DNA from: a virus
Lineage: Duplodnaviria; Caudoviricetes
Direction: 5' to 3' (one strand)
Length of the DNA: 60,107 nt
IMG/VR virus record: IMGVR_UViG_3300005613_000072
Coordinates: 1-60,107 of that record
Shown here: positions 59,185 to 60,107 of the stretch, in pieces
Layout of the letters: the number at the start of each line of letters is the position of its first letter
Position numbering within the stretch: position 1 is the stretch's first letter
Notes under the pieces: generated by a model
What the model was told of the DNA's origin: nothing
Database searches by the model: none
Seen by the model: the letters and a program-made list of their open reading frames with translations, nothing else
Program-made: the position numbers and the translations under genes

Positions 59185-59381
59185 TTCTTTCAGTCCCTTT
59201 TTTTTGATAGTCAAGCCGATTCAAATGCGCTTGAATAACGCATTTTAGCAGCTTGCCTATTCAATTGTCAATGATCGATCGAGTCCTGTTTCCAACCTGG
59301 CGATTGGCGCCAGGACCCTTTGGCAGGAAGCGCGTGGTCCGGATACCTGGGGAGGGTACCGTCCCCCGCTTCCACGCATCA

Positions 59382-59410
59382 ATAATAGCAGAGTCAAGCG
59401 TGGAAGTCAA
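59382..59410 (-). promoter_or_regulatory. Sigma70-type promoter overlapped by an inverted repeat
   Basis: TTGACT-N17-TATTAT with TG extension; CTTCCACGC/GCGTGGAAG dyad spans the -10. Confidence 0.65.
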
Positions 59411-59610
59411 ATTTTATATTGTAACGCGCTATAGAAGCGGGTTTCCGGGGTTTTTTGGGTTATTTCCAAATTCTGTGTTTGGCTTTTCATGCGGGTTTCC
59501 GGGGTTTGCCGATTCAATTCATAAAATCTTTCTATGCCAAAAATTCTTTTTTTGGTATGGAAAACACGTGTAACCTGCTATAGCAGCGCGTTTCCGGCTA
59601 TTCCCTTCCA

Positions 59611-59736
59611 CTGGTGCTGCTGGTGCTGCTGGTGCTGCTGATGTCCACTCAACTTTTTATAAAACGTCGAGTGGAACATGGAACAAGTGCTGCTGGTGCT
59701 GCTGGTGCTGCTGGTGCTGCTGGTGCTGCTGGTGCT
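59611..59736. repeat. (CTGGTGCTG)n minisatellite interrupted by the right inverted repeat
   Basis: About 3.3 copies at 59611-59640 and about 5.5 copies at 59687-59736. Confidence 0.95.
59645..59675. repeat. Right copy of the 31-bp inverted repeat
   Basis: CCACTCAACTTTTTATAAAACGTCGAGTGGA is the reverse complement of 58087-58117. Confidence 0.95.
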
Positions 59737-59987
59737 ATGAATTATACAATACTAACACGCTATAATCCGCTATAGAAGCGTGTTTCCGGGGTATTGAACA
59801 AAAACGCTTGAATTGACGTCTAATGTATGCCCAAAAATACAAGTTGATACGAAAACCGTATCATTTGGCAGTCCAATGCAAGGACTGCTAAAAATAATAC
59901 GGTTTTCGTATTATATGAGTGTACTATGATTGTAGAACACTTAATTCACCAGAAAGGAGGTGATATTGCAACACACCATTCATATTT

Positions 59988-60107
59988 CCAGAATGTTTCC
60001 ATTTGTGCCTTTTTCACTCCGGTTTTTTTCCGGATTGTAAAATTCTACGCATTTTTGGTAACGTTGCCAGAATGTTTCCATTTGTGCCTTTTTCACTCCG
60101 GTTTTTT
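59988..60107. repeat. 41-bp direct repeat, two copies 79 bp apart, truncated by the window end
   Basis: CCAGAATGTTTCCATTTGTGCCTTTTTCACTCCGGTTTTTT at 59988 and 60067. Confidence 0.9.

Noticed and set aside
59253-59573. 106-aa plus-strand ORF
   Set aside because: It overlaps the minus-strand promoter/leader and repeat motifs, has no RBS, and its translation is low-complexity.
59611-59736. Chi-site cluster (GCTGGTGC versus E. coli GCTGGTGG)
   Set aside because: It mismatches at the last base, and nothing suggests an enterobacterial host.
59988-60107. CRISPR array at the right edge
   Set aside because: Only two copies are visible, there is no recognisable repeat family or terminal GAAAC-type motif, and there is no cas operon. 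Kept only as an unresolved repeat.

Overview
About 60 kb of an AT-rich tailed dsDNA phage (siphovirus-type: tail tube, chaperone and tape measure genes, no sheath). A leftward virion operon (1-21563) encodes scaffold, major capsid, head-tail joining, tail tube, a -1 frameshifted tail chaperone, a 3383-aa tape measure protein and tail-tip proteins. It diverges from a long rightward block across a structured non-coding region (21564-22516). The rightward block (22517-57603) covers replication initiation/loading, terminase and portal, helicases, primase, SSB, RecA, nucleases, dUTPase, an intein-containing class II RNR, ThyX, sugar-modifying enzymes, a beta clamp, one tRNA(CAT), an FGE-domain protein, a uracil permease and four DNA methyltransferases. 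The right end (57604-60107) is repeat-rich and holds a GC-richer two-gene segment bracketed by 31-bp perfect inverted repeats. No DNA polymerase, integrase, lysin, reverse transcriptase or CRISPR array is recognisable in the window. The most unusual signals are the covarying double-hairpin dyad at 22058-22205, the triple promoter-hairpin array, the inverted-repeat-bounded island and the dispersed sugar-modification gene set. All calls come from motif recognition by eye; no database searches were run.
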